A stretch of 64,000 nucleotides of DNA from Octopus bimaculoides (GCF_001194135.2 NC_068998.1:25592729-25656728); one strand, 5' to 3'; shown: positions 1 to 14,356, numbered from the stretch's first letter. Numbers and translations: made by a program. Notes: generated by a model from the letters alone, not told the origin.

Positions 1-144
1 GGCGCTAGATCATGCATGGACATTTGCCAGTATCGTCGAATTTACAACAAGAATATCATATCGATGAGGTAATGAAGAGTTTTTCCTTCTAAACCAGAAA
101 TATGTTTATGATTACGCACACGCATATTCACGCATTTCCATTGT

Positions 145-176
<32 letters not shown>

Positions 177-1393
177 GCAACCACACACTCGCGCACGCAC
201 ACAAACATACCCCTCTTTTACACACACATATACACTTCAAACGGCTTTTTCATTCCTTCCCTCGTTAGTCATTTATCACCCCTTCCTTTCTCATTCATTC
301 GACGCTCGCTCATTATTATAGTAGGAGATTATACATACATTCTAACAATTTACAGTATGCTTACATTTATACATAATTCTATACATCGATCTAAAACAAC
401 AGGGTTACTAAAGAAAGACCGGAATTTAAGAGAAGAGAAAACTAAAATGATATACATTGAAGAATTTTATTTCATTCTATTTGCAGACGTTTGCGCTCTT
501 TGAGCGCTCTTGTTTCGTATGCGTTTAACCTGATATTTGGAAATCTACTGTTTCCCTACTTTTGTGCGCAATATATACAAAAATGTATATAAAGAAAACT
601 AATTAGCTGGAGGAAATAATTTATTTTCCGTGTTCTCAAGCGATTCTTCATATATTTTTACAATTAAAATGTTTCCATAGTCACATAATCTACTTATATT
701 ATAATACAGAATTGTATACGAACGACAGCATAATATTTGGCAGTTTTTAATTATGTTGATATTCCGATGTTTGAGTGGTATTGCGATTGTTTTTCGATGA
801 TAAAATATCATTGGATGCGACTTTTAGCATGTGTGTATGTGTGTGTTTGTGTGCGCGTGTATCTACCGATTATTTTTCTCTTTAATATGTTTCTTTTATT
901 TGCTAACGTAACATTTACTAGCAAAAATCCAATAATTCAAAATATTCTTTATTGCAGTGTTTGTTTGAAGCCATAAAAAAAAATTCGTTTAAAATGACAT
1001 TAATACTATGATAACATTAATATGATTACAATCAAAGTTTACAATTTGACACTAAAAACCAATTGTTTTGTTAATTACATTGGAAGAAATATGTATTCTG
1101 CTTGTTTTATGTCGTTAATTGAAGATTCCAGCACGCTTGCAAATTTATGTTTATAGTTGTGGAAGAATCATTTGCATATGGATAATGATTAAAAATATAT
1201 TTGGACATCGAAGAATTACTATTTTACTTAATCTTATAAAATCTTACTCGAAATGAATTTTCTAGTCTCCAGGGCATACCCAACTTAAACTTAGTGTAAT
1301 AGAAATATTTGAAATCTTTTGTCAGTTATATAGCATTAAATTGTAGCTATATCAGATCCTTCCAAATATTTACGCAATATTTGTAATACTTTT

Positions 1394-1600
1394 AAGGCGG
1401 CGAGCCAGAAGAATCGGTAGCATAGTGGACAAGATGTTGAGCGCATTTCGTCTCTCTCTTCGTTCTGAATTCAAATTCCGCCGAGGTTGACTTCCCCTTT
1501 GTGGGTCGGTAAAATTAGTACCAGTCGAGCACTGGTGTCGATTTAATCGATTCGGCTCCTCCCACAAAACTGATGGCCTAGTGCCAACATTTGAAAACAC
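1394..1600 (+). mobile_element. tRNA-derived SINE, family A, with 14-bp target-site duplication
   Basis: Head aaggcggcgagc, B-box-like gaattcaaattcc and body matching the copies at 53296-53503 and 59726-60157. Perfect direct repeat tatttgtaatactt at 1378-1391 and 1601-1614. Confidence 0.9.
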
Positions 1601-4063
1601 TATTTGTAATACTTAGCGAGTTTTCTCATATCGTCTAAATGATGCATAATTACAGATAGGAAAATTAGTAGCCTACTTGTCGCTTAAACGGTTACACTTT
1701 ACCATAAAGCAAATTTTACGTGATGCTTAAATTCATTGGGATGCATGTAAACGCAAAGTAAATCAAAACATTTCATAACTCTATGTCAAATGTGAGAGCT
1801 TTAAAAATGCTCTGCGCTTTCTTTTCCATTGTCTGGTAGTTGTGTAAGTGGATAGTTACTTTTGGAGACATCTGCCAGATGTCTCAATTTTATGAATTAG
1901 TTTCTCTCTGTGAATCCTCTACGTTTGTGATGAAATGGATATACAGATGCCTTTTATCAAACACGTGATGTACTTTTCTTTGCTTTCAACAGCATCCCTT
2001 ATATCACGCGGATGAATGTGAACCAACAAGTAATGTTGTTATTTCTATGGCAACCTGATATCGCCATGTCCTGTTTAGAACAGTACCTAAACATACTTTA
2101 TGTAATGTTTTACCTGCTATTGGACAGGTATATTGTGTGACTGATAAGCAGATACTTTGCTGTTGTTTTGAGAGTCAGAGATATTACGCCCTAAGAAGAT
2201 GTGGTTAGATTTTGCAGAATAGGACTTCAGGCGTTCAGTGATTCCATGCACTTATGGCTTTCCTAACTGTTTGATGACAGCCAAGCAACGCATCAATATA
2301 TGTGGCATTTTGGTGATGCGCCTAAGTTGTTCAAGACCAAAAGTGATTTCATTTTCTATTGCTTCTTTGCTTGGTAAAGGAAATGGAATTGCATGCGTTT
2401 TCAGAGAATGAGAAATCACTTAATTGTTTTATTGCTAAACTATACTCATAGTTATTTTAATACCGCACCTCTTGGTATGTGGCAATACAAAATGTGTCCA
2501 TATATATATGGACAAGAACTATCGTTAATTACACTGAATATGTTAACATCTGGTTTTCATGCAGGAGCAACCAATGGAATAATTTTCGTGGTTAAACGTT
2601 TGGTAATATGTTGCGATTGAAACTAACTGTCAAAGTGAAATCAATATTATAAATAATTTTTTGGGGTGTTTAATGCATTTTAAAATAAGTTACTTTCTAA
2701 AAATACGATTAATATTACACGGCATTGATTTCCAGCAACTAAATTTTTAAATTAAGATTCTAGCAAAGTAAAAACAAAATATTATTGGAACCCATGCAGA
2801 GAACACATGCATACATACACACAAACGTACCAATACATGCGCATACACATATATGTACCTGTGAAATATGTATATATACGCATACCCGTACAGATTTATC
2901 ATAATGGCTTACATGTACGTATGTGTGCGCATATATCGATGAAGGGAGAGAGAGAAAGAGATATATAATAAATTGTGTGCTTTTCAAAATTATATGCAAT
3001 AACTTTTAATATCTTTCACAGGTTTATCGCATTTTTACAAAATGTATCGTATTACATATTTATTGATTATACAAATTATTTGCGTTCAGGTATACATCTA
3101 GGAAGTTAAAAACGGATAACTCAAATAGAATTAACAACATTTGAGATAATCATATTGTTGTGGACAACTTCAGAATTAGGGCAAACGCTTTATTACCAAA
3201 ATAACTAAATATGAATTTAAATAATTGTATGTTCTATATAATGTTTAATTTATTATATAAAATAAATTTTTACCTCAGGAAAGGTGATGTTTTGCTCACG
3301 AGGAACAAGTTTTGAACAAGCTTTAAAATTCTGCCTTCGCATATTTTTAATCATAAATTTCTAATTTATGAGATGCTTTTGTAAGGGGATTTTATAAATA
3401 TATAAATCTCTTCGAATCCTTAGTTTGTGCCATATTTACTGACTTTTACAATCAATATTTAAATTTATGCCTCTATCACTTTTTATGAATTTCTAGTAAC
3501 CAAGTACATTTCAAATCTAAATGCAGTGCCTATCAAACATATTATTCACGTTTTTTATGGCAGTTTATTTCTTTAAAGTAATTTATTTTAAATATTGATT
3601 GATATTACAAATCATTTGCATCATAGAGCATTATAAAATACTGGAACACATACATNNNNNNNNNNNNNNNNNNNNNNNNNNNNNNNNNNNNNNNNNNNNN
3701 NNNNNNNNNNNNNNNNNNNNNNNNNNNNNNNNNNNNNNNNNNNNNNNNNNNNNNNTGAACTAAGAGAATAGTGAACTTATTTTACCTAATTAGTGATTCA
3801 TAAAGTTGTCAATTCTATTCGTTGAGAATTCTTTAGAGACAGTTACATAGGTTTAGTTAATGATTCTTTCAGAGAGAGTATTGATGCATTCTTCGAGAAC
3901 TGGCCTAAGAATACAAATGGGAATGAGAGACAAAGTGTTGTCAGGTTTACGGCCTTGTAACAACTATAAGGTGAAAACAAGTCGCTAAATTATATGTCTG
4001 CCGGGATTTCGTTGAGAAGCAGAGAAGCGGTCAATCTCCACTTGCTCTTTAATGGATTTGTAG

Positions 4064-4116
4064 GTCTATCTTAATCTTGTTAAAGGAGACAAGAAGATAC
4101 AGGATGGGACCTCACA
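4064..4116 (+). CDS. Candidate small coding exon (VYLNLVKGDKKIQDGTS)
   Basis: Acceptor ctctttaatggatttgtag, donor CA|gtaaga, open frame; phase-compatible with exon 10136-10195. No homology recognised. Confidence 0.25.
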
Positions 4117-4549
4117 GTAAGAATTTTTTAGAGGAACACGTTCATTCATGTTGTGAAAGGGTACCGTTCTGCGTCAGCTACATTACAATAGGTATGAAGC
4201 AGGAACGTGATAGGGTACTAACTGCTTGACATTGTAATCTATGAATGACGTGTACTTTCTACATTTTGAACCAATTATCATAGGTTGTTTATAAAAATGT
4301 GTTAAAGTGTGATTAATGCAGATAGATGACGAAGAAAATTAATTAAATGAAATGAAAAATAAATTATATATGCTGTGAAGTGCGGTATTTGAAAATGAAA
4401 CTCTATAGCTTATGACTAAGAAGTAAAATTGAAAGACAAAGAAAAAGAGGGTGATGATTCCGAAGAAAAAAAAGAAGACGAAGAAGAACATGAAGAAGAA
4501 CAACAATCAGAAGACGACGATAAAGTAATAAAGTTAAAATAAGGGAAAC

Positions 4550-4594
<45 letters not shown>

Positions 4595-4660
4595 GAAGAA
4601 GAAGAAGAAGAAGAAGAAGAAGAAGAAGAAGAAGAAGAAGAAGAAGAAGAAGAAGAAGAA
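4550..4660. repeat. Compound microsatellite (GAT)n(GAA)n
   Basis: Directly visible; explains the poly-F/I/L/H/S ORFs at 4403-4785. Confidence 0.97.
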
Positions 4661-4775
4661 GACAGCTGAGGAGAACCATTGGAGGAAAGTAAAAAATGAG
4701 ATAGAGAAGTAGGATGAGGTGGAATGGTGGAGAGGTGGAGTAGATAACGAAAAGAAAGATAACAAAAGATGAATA

Positions 4776-5416
4776 CACTATTCACGCGCCATATCGCGGT
4801 TCCCCTATCGCGCTCTCAGTACATCACGGATTTTTCTGGTTAATATATGTACATTCATATTGTGGGCTCCATAATATATCACGGGTTTCTGTGGCCGATC
4901 GGAATTTATATTTTTTTAGATTATAATTATTTCTGTAGCAAAATAAACATATTCACGCCTAGAAATTAGTAACTTAATAAATAAAACTAGAGTACAGTAC
5001 TGCCCTGTATAACATTAATTAAAGTACATTAAAAGAAACTAAGTAATGTACTGTAGATGAGTAAACAAAGAATCGCACATACTGTATGGAAAACGAAATT
5101 CGGGAGGCGAGTGTGTGGTGTTGTTTTGAATCTATAATACATTAAATATATGCCAATTATAAAAATAATGAAAAAATATAAAGCACGGAATTTTGTCAGT
5201 GAACAGGTCGCGGTCTCAAAGCGACGAAAATATTTTGGCAATTGAAATTTAAATGTTGAAGTGAATCTAATGGTTTTTGTGTGTTTCTTAAATGACTTAT
5301 AAACACTTTCTATGCTGCAATTGTTTATACAATACAGTACTATTTCTACTACGCAGATTTTCACCTATCAGGGGTATTTTTGGAACGTAACACCCGCGAT
5401 AGTCGAGGGATTACTG
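4776..5416. mobile_element. Tigger/pogo-type MITE
   Basis: Right end cgcgatagtcgagggattactg|ta (reverse complement cagtaatccctcgactatcgcg) matches degenerate left end ta|cactattcacgcgccatatcgcg. TA flanks, no ORF. Confidence 0.75.
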
Positions 5417-5591
5417 TATGACTTTAGAAAAACAGAGTACTAAAAATTTTATTGTGGTATGCGTTATTAAACTTTAAATCTTAAGTTTAATGTGTTCGTA
5501 TATCTTTGTGGGTAATCGAAGCTGACATTTCTGAACTAAAGCTTCATCTGAAAAGACAGATGTTTAGTGGTCATGGGATTGTATAAAAGAG

Positions 5592-5930
5592 TAACAACCC
5601 CCTTCGGTCATGAATGACCATGGGCTTTCACCTCGAAAGTTACCCCCACCCTGAGGCACAAATCCGGGAAAGGTTGTTCATGGAAGACCAGCAGTTGCCC
5701 ATGCATACCAGCCTCGCCTCTCCACGCCACCAATATTATACGAGGGAAAGTCAAAGGCCGATACAGCATGGCACCAGTGACGTCACAACTCATTTCTACA
5801 GCCGAGTGAACTGGATCAACGTGAAATATAAAGTGTCTTGCTCAAAAACACAACGTACAATCCAGACCGGGAATCGAACTCACTACCTCATGATACTGGA
5901 TTTGTATAACCGTAAGCTAATGGTTAGGTG
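5592..5930 (-). mobile_element. tRNA-derived SINE, family C (CORE/Meta-like central domain)
   Basis: Minus-strand B box gagttcgattccc near 5870-5882, followed by ttgagcaagacactttatatttcacgttgatccagttcactcggctgtagaa, which resembles conserved SINE central domains. Confidence 0.75.
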
Positions 5931-6949
5931 AGAGCAGTTTCTGTGGAGAACGTCATTAGCGAATATATTGTAATAGATGTATGAGTATGATAAATTTCAG
6001 TGCAAGTATGTGTGTGATAAACAATTTAATGTGTTTCAAGGTAGAAGTCAAAGTATACAAAATAGTGTGTACCTCCCCTCATATTTTGGCTCTTATTCAA
6101 ATGTCTGTATATCCATAACATTGTTTTGAATTTTAATTAAAATACAGTTTATGAATTCTGATATCTACCTTCTAATGCAAACTGATGTTATCACTATTGT
6201 CACAAGCACACACAATTAACTTCACCTCCTTTCCTTGAAAACTAGTTTCACACTCATAGATGGATATGCAGAATGCATATACACAGATATACTAAACTTT
6301 GTCCTGGCATTTCTAGCAAAGTTGTTTATTCGTTTATTTATNNNNNNNNNNNNNNNNNNNNNNNNNNNNNNNNNNNNNNNNNNNNNNNNNNNNNNNNNNN
6401 NNNNNNNNNNNNNNNNNNNNNNNNNNNNNNNNNNNNNNNNNNNNNNNNNNNNNNNNNNNNNNNNNNNNNNNNNNNNNNNNNNNNNNNNNNNNNNNNNNNN
6501 NNNNNNNNNNNNNNNNNNNNNNNNNNNNNNNNNNNNNNNNNNNNNNNNNNNNNNNNNNNNNNNNNNNNNNNNNNNNNNNNNNNNNNNNNNNNNNNNNNNN
6601 NNNNNNNNNNNNNNNNNNNNNNNNNNNNNNNNNNNNNNNNNNNNNNNNNNNNNNNNNNNNNNNNNNNNNNNNNNNNNNNNNNNNNNNNNNNNNNNNNNNN
6701 NNNNNNNNNNNNNNNNNNNNNNNNNNNNNNNNNNNNNNNNNNNNNNNNNNNNNNNNNNNNNNNNNNNNNNNNNNNNNNNNNNNNNNNNNNNNNNNNNNNN
6801 NNNNNNNNNNNNNNNNNNNNNNNNNNNNNNNNNNNNNNNNNNNNNNNNNNNATACTAAACTTTGTCCTGGCATTTCTAGCAAAGTTGTTTATTCGTTTAT
6901 TTATATTTGTTTATTCATTCGTTGTTTTTCATTATCAGCACCCATTTCG

Positions 6950-7770
6950 TTGTGATGAAGAGGTGTGATTTGGATTATATCATCCTGGAGTTCTATAACC
7001 AGGCACTCGAAAAAGAAGTTGCCCCGAATCAGTGGAGGAACACTGGCATCGTCCCAGTGCCAAAGTGGGGAAATCTTTCTAGCACCAACAACTATAGGGG
7101 GATCGCACTGATATCACTTGTGGCAAAGACCTTCAACAGGATGATTGGCTTCCTATCTTTTTTTCATTTTGGTGGACTATTGTATGTGCCTTGCGTTGGA
7201 GTAACACCAGGACTCTGGCTTTACTGTAGCGCCGGCTCAGAGCAAGAGGATCAGGGCTAAAAAGATCGATGCTGAACTTGCTGACGACATAGTTCTGGTG
7301 ACAAACACAGTAGGGCAGGCAATTGCGTTGATGCAGGAGGTGGAGACTGTGTCGATGAGTGTGGGGCTGAAAATGAATGAGATTTAGACGAAGTATCGAA
7401 GTAGCTAAAAATGAATGAGTTTATAAAGACGGGGTAGATTATGAATGTAGACGGAAAGCCGGTAATGCTGGTTGAGGACTCCCAGTATATGGGAGCAAAG
7501 ATTGATATCAGAGGGTGATATAGATGAGATGAAGAGCAAAGCCTGGGTGGCGTGCCACAGTTTGCGATCTGTATGGAAGTCGGACCTTATTAAAGACCTG
7601 AAAAAGCGTCTCTTCGTTACTGTAGTAGAATCTGTGCTGTTGTACGTGTCTGAGACTTGGGCACTGACCACGAAACTCTCTAAGATGGTGGAAGGGTGCT
7701 ACACGAGAATGCTGAAGATGGCTGTGTATAAACTACGGGTGAAAATTCAAAGCTGTACGAGAGCCTCCCA
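6950..7770 (+). mobile_element. Decayed RTE-group LINE reverse transcriptase fragment
   Basis: Motifs GIVPVPKWGNLSSTNNYRGIALISLVAKTFNRMI, ELADDIVL (YADD-equivalent), GLKMN, and LFVTVVESVLLYVSETWALT. Stops, frameshifts and an internal deletion. Confidence 0.9.
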
Positions 7771-7777
7771 GAAGTTA

Positions 7778-7904
<127 letters not shown>

Positions 7905-9597
7905 TATGATCCTAACCACTCAGAGGATATCCTCTTTGCTCCGAATAGAAACACTAGAACCAATGTTTTCAAGCATCGTTCCTTTTCGCAGTGTGCAGTT
8001 TTATCCATCTCTTATCCCTCAGTCTTTTATTTTATTTTAAGCCGAGAATTATTAGATATTCAGCGAATTTAATTTGTAAAATTAATTTAATTTCAAATAA
8101 ACAAACAAAGTTCTAATTTTTTCCAAACAAGCAGTTAATGTTTGTTTTCTGTTTTGCTGTACGTCACAACAATCACATGTAAGTTCATAATATTGCCTCT
8201 GCTTTGCCGGGGGTACAGTAAAATTTAAGAGGTAATTGAAATTTACGAGATCGTTGTACATATTTAATCCATGGTTTATACCGCCTGCGATTACCGCCAT
8301 AGTAATTTTAATAGTCTTTTCCGAAATTTCTAATTGTCATGTTATTACTAGAGGCTATTTCTCAAGGTAATGTGTGAAAGGAATATAGTAGTATGTGATA
8401 TATTTAAACAATCATTAAGATATATTTGGAGAATACACATGAAAAGTTGCAACTTGTGAAATCCAAAATGAAAAATAAAATACATATTTTTATAGATAAA
8501 TATATTGTTACTTTATAGCAGTCTGTAGGAGCCTACAGTAAACCAGAACAGAGTTTTATCAATTAAGAGCTATATTTAAATACTGACCTCTACAAATGGT
8601 ATGCAAGAAAAGAAGCCTGTCCGAAATTAAATCGAAATTTTCATTACAACAGACGAAGTTGAGATAAATATTACCTTTCGGTATATATTGCCTTTCTCGC
8701 TAATACGTATTTTTTTTTAACAAGCTAACTGGTTATTCGTAACACAGGTGCCTGCTCTGACACTGCCAATCTATATATCACTGGCGGGAAGATGAATAGT
8801 TGTTGCATCCAGCGGCCGAATATTCGTCATTGTAAAGCCCAAACAAAGTCAAAATCACGTGATCGGGTGGTCTCCGCACTGGAGATTTTGGGGATTTATT
8901 TCCCCATTACCGATATATACAAGAGTGTCTCTCAAGTTAACTACCGTAGTACAGTTTCTTTTTATAGACCATCCACGTTTAAGTGGGGATAAACTTTCAT
9001 TCCAAATCGACGAAGTTAATGTAAACTATAAATTGAATAATATTTACAGAAGTCCCTTCTAATTAGTGTCTATAAAGTGACATCGCAAATTTTACTGATT
9101 TCCCAGCAAAATCTGAGTTATATATTTTTCGTCTATGTGATTGGAGTCACCCAGCAAAAACAATTATTTCTGGTTTGGAAAACATTGTTACATACATTGA
9201 GTTTCAGTCACTGGAAAAAAATTCAATTTAAAACAATTAAAGAGAATTAATTCTGTGTATAAATCATACATCTTTTAAATTAAATTATACAGTTAATGAA
9301 TTGGTAAAAATCGTTTACCGTGCAAAATAGGAGGTACTTGACGCTTCGGTGCTGGACTTTCGCCTAAGAAGAAATTTGATAGGCGTTTTGGCAACAGGGG
9401 ATATATAAATACAGAGTATGTTTAGAGAGTTTGTTCCAAAACTTTACGTTCACACACACATACATACACACACATACACGCATACACATTAACTATTAAC
9501 GCACCAATTTAGCAAACGAATGAAAGAGGAGTGCTCTTTTGGAAATTAATTTTTTATCTTGCGACTATCTATTAATGCTGTTTTATATATACTCTTT

Positions 9598-9646
9598 TAC
9601 TCTTACTCTTTTACTTGTTTCAGTCAATTGACTGCGGCCATGCTGG
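9598..9646 (-). mobile_element. SINE family B, 3' fragment truncated by a gap
   Basis: tactcttttacttgtttcagtcaattgactgcggccatgctgg matches the family B 3' end at 20058-20100. Confidence 0.75.
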
Positions 9647-10135
9647 NNNNNNNNNNNNNNNNNNNNNNNNNNNNNNNNNNNNNNNNNNNNNNNNNNNNNN
9701 NNNNNNNNNNNNNNNNNNNNNNNNNNNNNNNNNNNNNNNNNNNNNNACTTAATCTTAGGCACCAGAATTAAGTATGATACTATCCATACAATTCCAATAT
9801 AAGGGGATTAAAATCAAAATAAGCAACAAGGATATTCAAAGTTAATGCAGTGCGATCGTTTCATGCGACTCCATTTATTTTAGCAATGTGTACATTACAT
9901 TAAATGTAAAATGCAGAGCAATCCTCAGCTGCACAAATATATAGAAATTTACTGAAATGTCATTTCAACAGAAGGACATATTGTTGTAACTACATTTAAA
10001 CTCTGCAAATGGAAAGGAAGAATACAAAAAAAAAACATTTTGACTCAGCCAGACCATACAGGCTAGTAATTAATTCCAAGCAGATTTTAACTGTCACTCA
10101 TTTTATTTGATTTTCTTTTTGTTTCATCTTATCAG

Positions 10136-10195
10136 ACCTAGTGATCAAAAGCTTAAGAGGGCGCCAGCCTTTTCCTTACAGGGAAAAGGAAAGGG
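10136..10195 (+). CDS. Candidate 60-nt coding exon (xPSDQKLKRAPAFSLQGKGKG)
   Basis: Strong acceptor ttttctttttgtttcatcttatcag, donor GG|gtaaac, symmetric phase, GC-richer than its flanks. APAFSLxGK resembles the ODF3/STPG (SHIPPO) repeat segment (tentative). Confidence 0.5.
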
Positions 10196-10946
10196 GTAAA
10201 CAATATACATGGATGATATGGTTATAATGATTCTTTTGGTTTTAGTGACAAACTACTATAGGTTTNNNNNNNNNNNNNNNNNNNNNNNNNNNNNNNNNTA
10301 GCAGACCAGTTTGTGATGGAGCAGGGGAAGTTTAACATAAGGCACCTAGGTCCAAAGTATATAAAATAAAGTTGCTATATGTGTTCAGATACCGTATATA
10401 TCTATTCATAGTTTTCATTAAACAGAATAATGTATCAGTATTGTTTTACATATGCTAAGTTTGGAAAATTTGAGATACCAATATTTGCTTAATTAATATG
10501 TGAATAAATAACAACTAATTATAAATTCATAAATTAATAAATTAATAATGAAATAAGAAATAAAAAGAAATCGTGTGTAATAATGTAACTAATCAATACA
10601 TTCATATGCAAAAACCATGAAGTAGTATTAATTTAAAATGCACTGGTAAAGTACATTTAGACTTATTTACACCAATATAAAGAACCATAGATAAGATGTG
10701 AAATAAAAAATCTTTTATATATATTGGACTAAAAATTATTTCTAGATTAAAATTAAAGTTATATATCTAATATTATCTAAAGGACAAAAAAGAGATAGAA
10801 TTTACTTTATAACTACTATAAAGAATTGATACATAGGATTTACATGGTTTATAATGATGGACTCATCAAGGTTTAAGAAACTGATAAAATGAATACTTGG
10901 AATTAACATAGAATACAATGGTGGACTAGACAACTAATAGAGGACA

Positions 10947-12176
10947 TTGGGTCATCCCGGATATAACGCGTTTTTTTTACCAATTGCATCAACTAAAAGT
11001 CATAGGTGGGGGCGGCATAAACTACCTGCATNNNNNNNNNNTTCAGATCAGGTAATAATTAATTGTACCTTGTCCTTATTCTTAGTGTAAGATTTGATTG
11101 CGGCAGTTCGATTTTAACACTTATTTTCTCAAAGCTATAATGGAAGTGATAAAGGAGCATATTCGGCATATTTTGTTTTATGAGTTCAATATAGGCAACA
11201 ACGCAACGGAAAGTGTGAGGAATATTAATGCAGTATATGGGGATCGGGCAATAAGCGTAAGCCAGTGTGAATGGTGGTTTCAGAAATTCCGAGCCATAAG
11301 CTATTTGCTAGAAAACGAGCCTTGTCCTAAAAAATTTGTAGAGCTCGACGAGGGCGTCTGCAAACTTTGGCGGGGCAAAATCTCATCGTAACTGTTGTGG
11401 AACTATCAAAGAAGCTTGGATTTAATCATTCAGCCATTCATCGACACATGCGTACCATCGGAACAGTCAGCAAAGTGGGTCAATTGGTTCCTCACAAACT
11501 TTTTCAGCTTTATCACGCACAAAGAGCGAATGTGTACTTATCGTTGCTGTCATATCTCACGAATGAACCTTTTTTGCACCGAATAGTGAGTTGTGACGAG
11601 AAACAGGTTCTATAAAAGTGTCATTCACCGAAAATAGTGGGTAGGGAAAAGAGAAACACTGACACTCCAGTCTAAGGACTGTCTTCACCCACCTAATGTG
11701 TTCATTTCTGTTTGGTGGGATATGAAAGGTTTAGTCCACTTCAAACGATAATAAATGAGATTTAATGCGAGCAGTTTGAGCAGTTTAAGTCAGCGCTAGA
11801 AGAAAAACGACTATCCTTGGTTTCAAGACGGAAGATGTTCTTCCATCAGGATAATGCTCGGCTACATACAGCGCGGATGACATTCAAAAGACTGGAACAG
11901 TTTCAATGGGATACGATGCCCCGCCCACCATATTTGCCAGACATTGTCCCATCTGCTTATCATTTATTCCGCAGTATTCAAAATCATTTGAACGGAAAAA
12001 TATGAATTCTGTAGACGAGGTCACAACAGTGCTCGAGGAGTAATTTTCGTCACGGACAAGTGAATTTTGGAAGAGGGGATTTGCTAGTCTACTAGATAGA
12101 TAGAAAAACATTGTAGAAAATGACGGAGAGTATATTTTAGATTTTAAAAAAACTTTCCTAAATTTAGCTGCCCGAT
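10947..12176 (+). mobile_element. Mariner (DD34D) transposon, near full length, pseudogenised
   Basis: HILFYEFNIGNNATESVRNINAVYG (HTH), IVSCDEK, FHQDNARLH, PDIVPSAYHLFRS (third Asp replaced by Ala). Frameshifts; TIRs only weakly recognisable. Confidence 0.92.
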
Positions 12177-12442
12177 CTTGCACAGTTGATAAAGCTGGAG
12201 AGTCATCATTTGATGTAGCGACTATTTGAGTATGAATGTCCAGTTGCGCTACACCGTTTTTCTATAGGTACATGATAACACCACGATGCCAAATGTTGTC
12301 CAAAGACAAGAGACGTCACTAGTAGTTACATTTGAAGTCGCTTTTGCTCAGGTAGAAGTCAGTTTACCTGGAAAGAAGCAATGTCCTCATTAATCAATTC
12401 ATACATTAATTAATTGTCTGTAGTTATAAATATACGATACAC

Positions 12443-12682
12443 TTCACTTTTGCCGAATCATAACAAGCCGAAGCCAGGAAGCTGAACGGACACAAGGCCG
12501 AACGAAGAAGATGTTTAAAAGACATACAAGGATTAAAATATATGATAATCATTTTATTCATTCAATATGACCATTTGACAGACGAAAATGGTCATTAAAT
12601 TATGTAGGTAGGAATGTTTATTTTTATTATTGTGTCCGTTCGGCTACTTGGCTTCGGTTACTTGTCCTTCGGCAAAAGTGAA
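12443..12682. mobile_element. MITE with ~52-bp imperfect TIRs containing GCCGAA-like subrepeats
   Basis: ttcacttttgccgaa...gctgaacggacaca (12443-12494) is an inverted repeat of tgtgtccgttcggc...ttcggcaaaagtgaa (12631-12682). AT-rich non-coding interior. Confidence 0.75.
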
Positions 12683-12784
12683 TTCAGCATCCTGTCCGCG
12701 TACGATGNNNNNNNNNNNNNNNNNNNNNNNNNNNNNNNNNNNNNNNNNNNNNNNNNNNNNNNNNNNNNNNNNNNNATATAAATA

Positions 12785-12858
12785 CATAGATAGGTAGATA
12801 GATAGACAGACAGACATACAGACAGACAGACAAACAAACAGACAGACAGACAGACAGC

Positions 12859-12910
<52 letters not shown>

Positions 12911-13073
12911 CAGATAGATATCTGTATCATATTTCCATATATATTTTCTAAATTTAATGTGTTGACGTTCTGGTATGTTTCAGAATCCTACATCGTTTCT
13001 GAAATGTGTGCAATCCACAAATTCATCGCTTTTCTATCTATAAAAGAAATATTGTTATTTTTTTTTGTTATAC

Positions 13074-13128
<55 letters not shown>

Positions 13129-13300
13129 ACCATCATTATCATTATTATTATTATTAAGAAGAAGAAAAGAAGAAACAGAAGAAGAACAAGAACAACAACA
13201 GCAACAACAACAAAAGCAGCAGCAGCAGCAGCAAAGATTACAACAGCAGCACCAAGACCAACAACAATTTCAACAGCAGCAGCAGCAACAACAACTACAA
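12785..13300. repeat. Microsatellite cluster (GATA/GACA)n, (TTA)n, (AAC/CAG)n
   Basis: Directly visible; explains the poly-L/Q and poly-I ORFs. Confidence 0.95.
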
Positions 13301-14356
13301 CATATTTTCTCTAACACTGTCAAGTTGCCGAATTTTGAGTTGATAAATAACTTTTCTTAAGTTCCTTTCAGGCATTTCTTCACATTTTGCGATGATTTGG
13401 TGTGTGAAAAATCGAATATTTGCTCAAACATATGAAGGAACAATACATTTCTAGCATCCGTAATTTCTTTTAAACTGAGAAAAAATTTCGAAATCCACAG
13501 GATGCCTTCAGCGGAAAATATCAAAGCATATAAGCGAGAGCTGGAATATGATAAAATGTAACCTAAACACCTAAATATATACATGTGTACGTATATACAT
13601 ACGTAAATATATATATATATGTATATACATATACACATACAAATGCATATATATATATATATAACCACACACATATACATGCATACATGCGTATACATAC
13701 ATATATATACATATACATACATATATATATATATANNNNNNNNNNNNNNNNNNNNNNNNNNNNNNNNNNNNNNNNNNNNNNNNNNNNNNNNNNNNNNNNN
13801 NNNNNNNNNNNNNNNNNNNNNNNNNNNNNNNNNNNNNNNNNNNNNNNNNNNNNNNNNNNNNNNNNNNNNNNNNNNNNNNNNNNNNNNNNNNNNNNNNNNN
13901 NNNNNNNNNNNNNNNNNNNNNNNNNNNNNNNNNNNNNNNNNNNNNNNNNNNNNNNNNNNNNNNNNNNNNNNNNNNNNNNNNNNNNNNNNNNNNNNNNNNN
14001 NNNNNNNNNNNNNNNNNNNNNNNNNNNNNNNNNNNNNNNNNNNNNNNNNNNNNNNNNNNNNNNNNNNNNNNNNNNNNNNNNNNNNNNNNNNNNNNNNNNN
14101 NNNNNNNNNNNNNNNNNNNNNNNNNNNNNNNNNNNNNNNNNNNNNNNNNNNNNNNNNNNNNNNNNNNNNNNNNNNNNNNNNNNNNNNNNNNNNNNNNNNN
14201 NNNNNNNNNNNNNNNNNNNNNNNNNNNNNNNNNNNNNNNNNNNNNNNNNNNNNNNNNNNNNNNNNNNNNNNNNNNNNNNNNNNNNNNNNNNNNNNNNNNN
14301 NNNNNNNNNNNNNNNNNNNNNNNNNNNNNNNNNNNNNNNNNNNNNNNNNNNNNNNN

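Noticed and set aside
1993-2054. 37-nt exon-like segment followed by an RFX X-box-like ATTTCTATGGCAAC
   Set aside because: Short motifs with mismatches; insufficient evidence without expression or conservation data.
6288-6905. Identical ~54-bp sequence on both sides of the 6342-6851 gap
   Set aside because: Typical unmerged contig overlap (assembly artefact), although a collapsed tandem repeat cannot be excluded.
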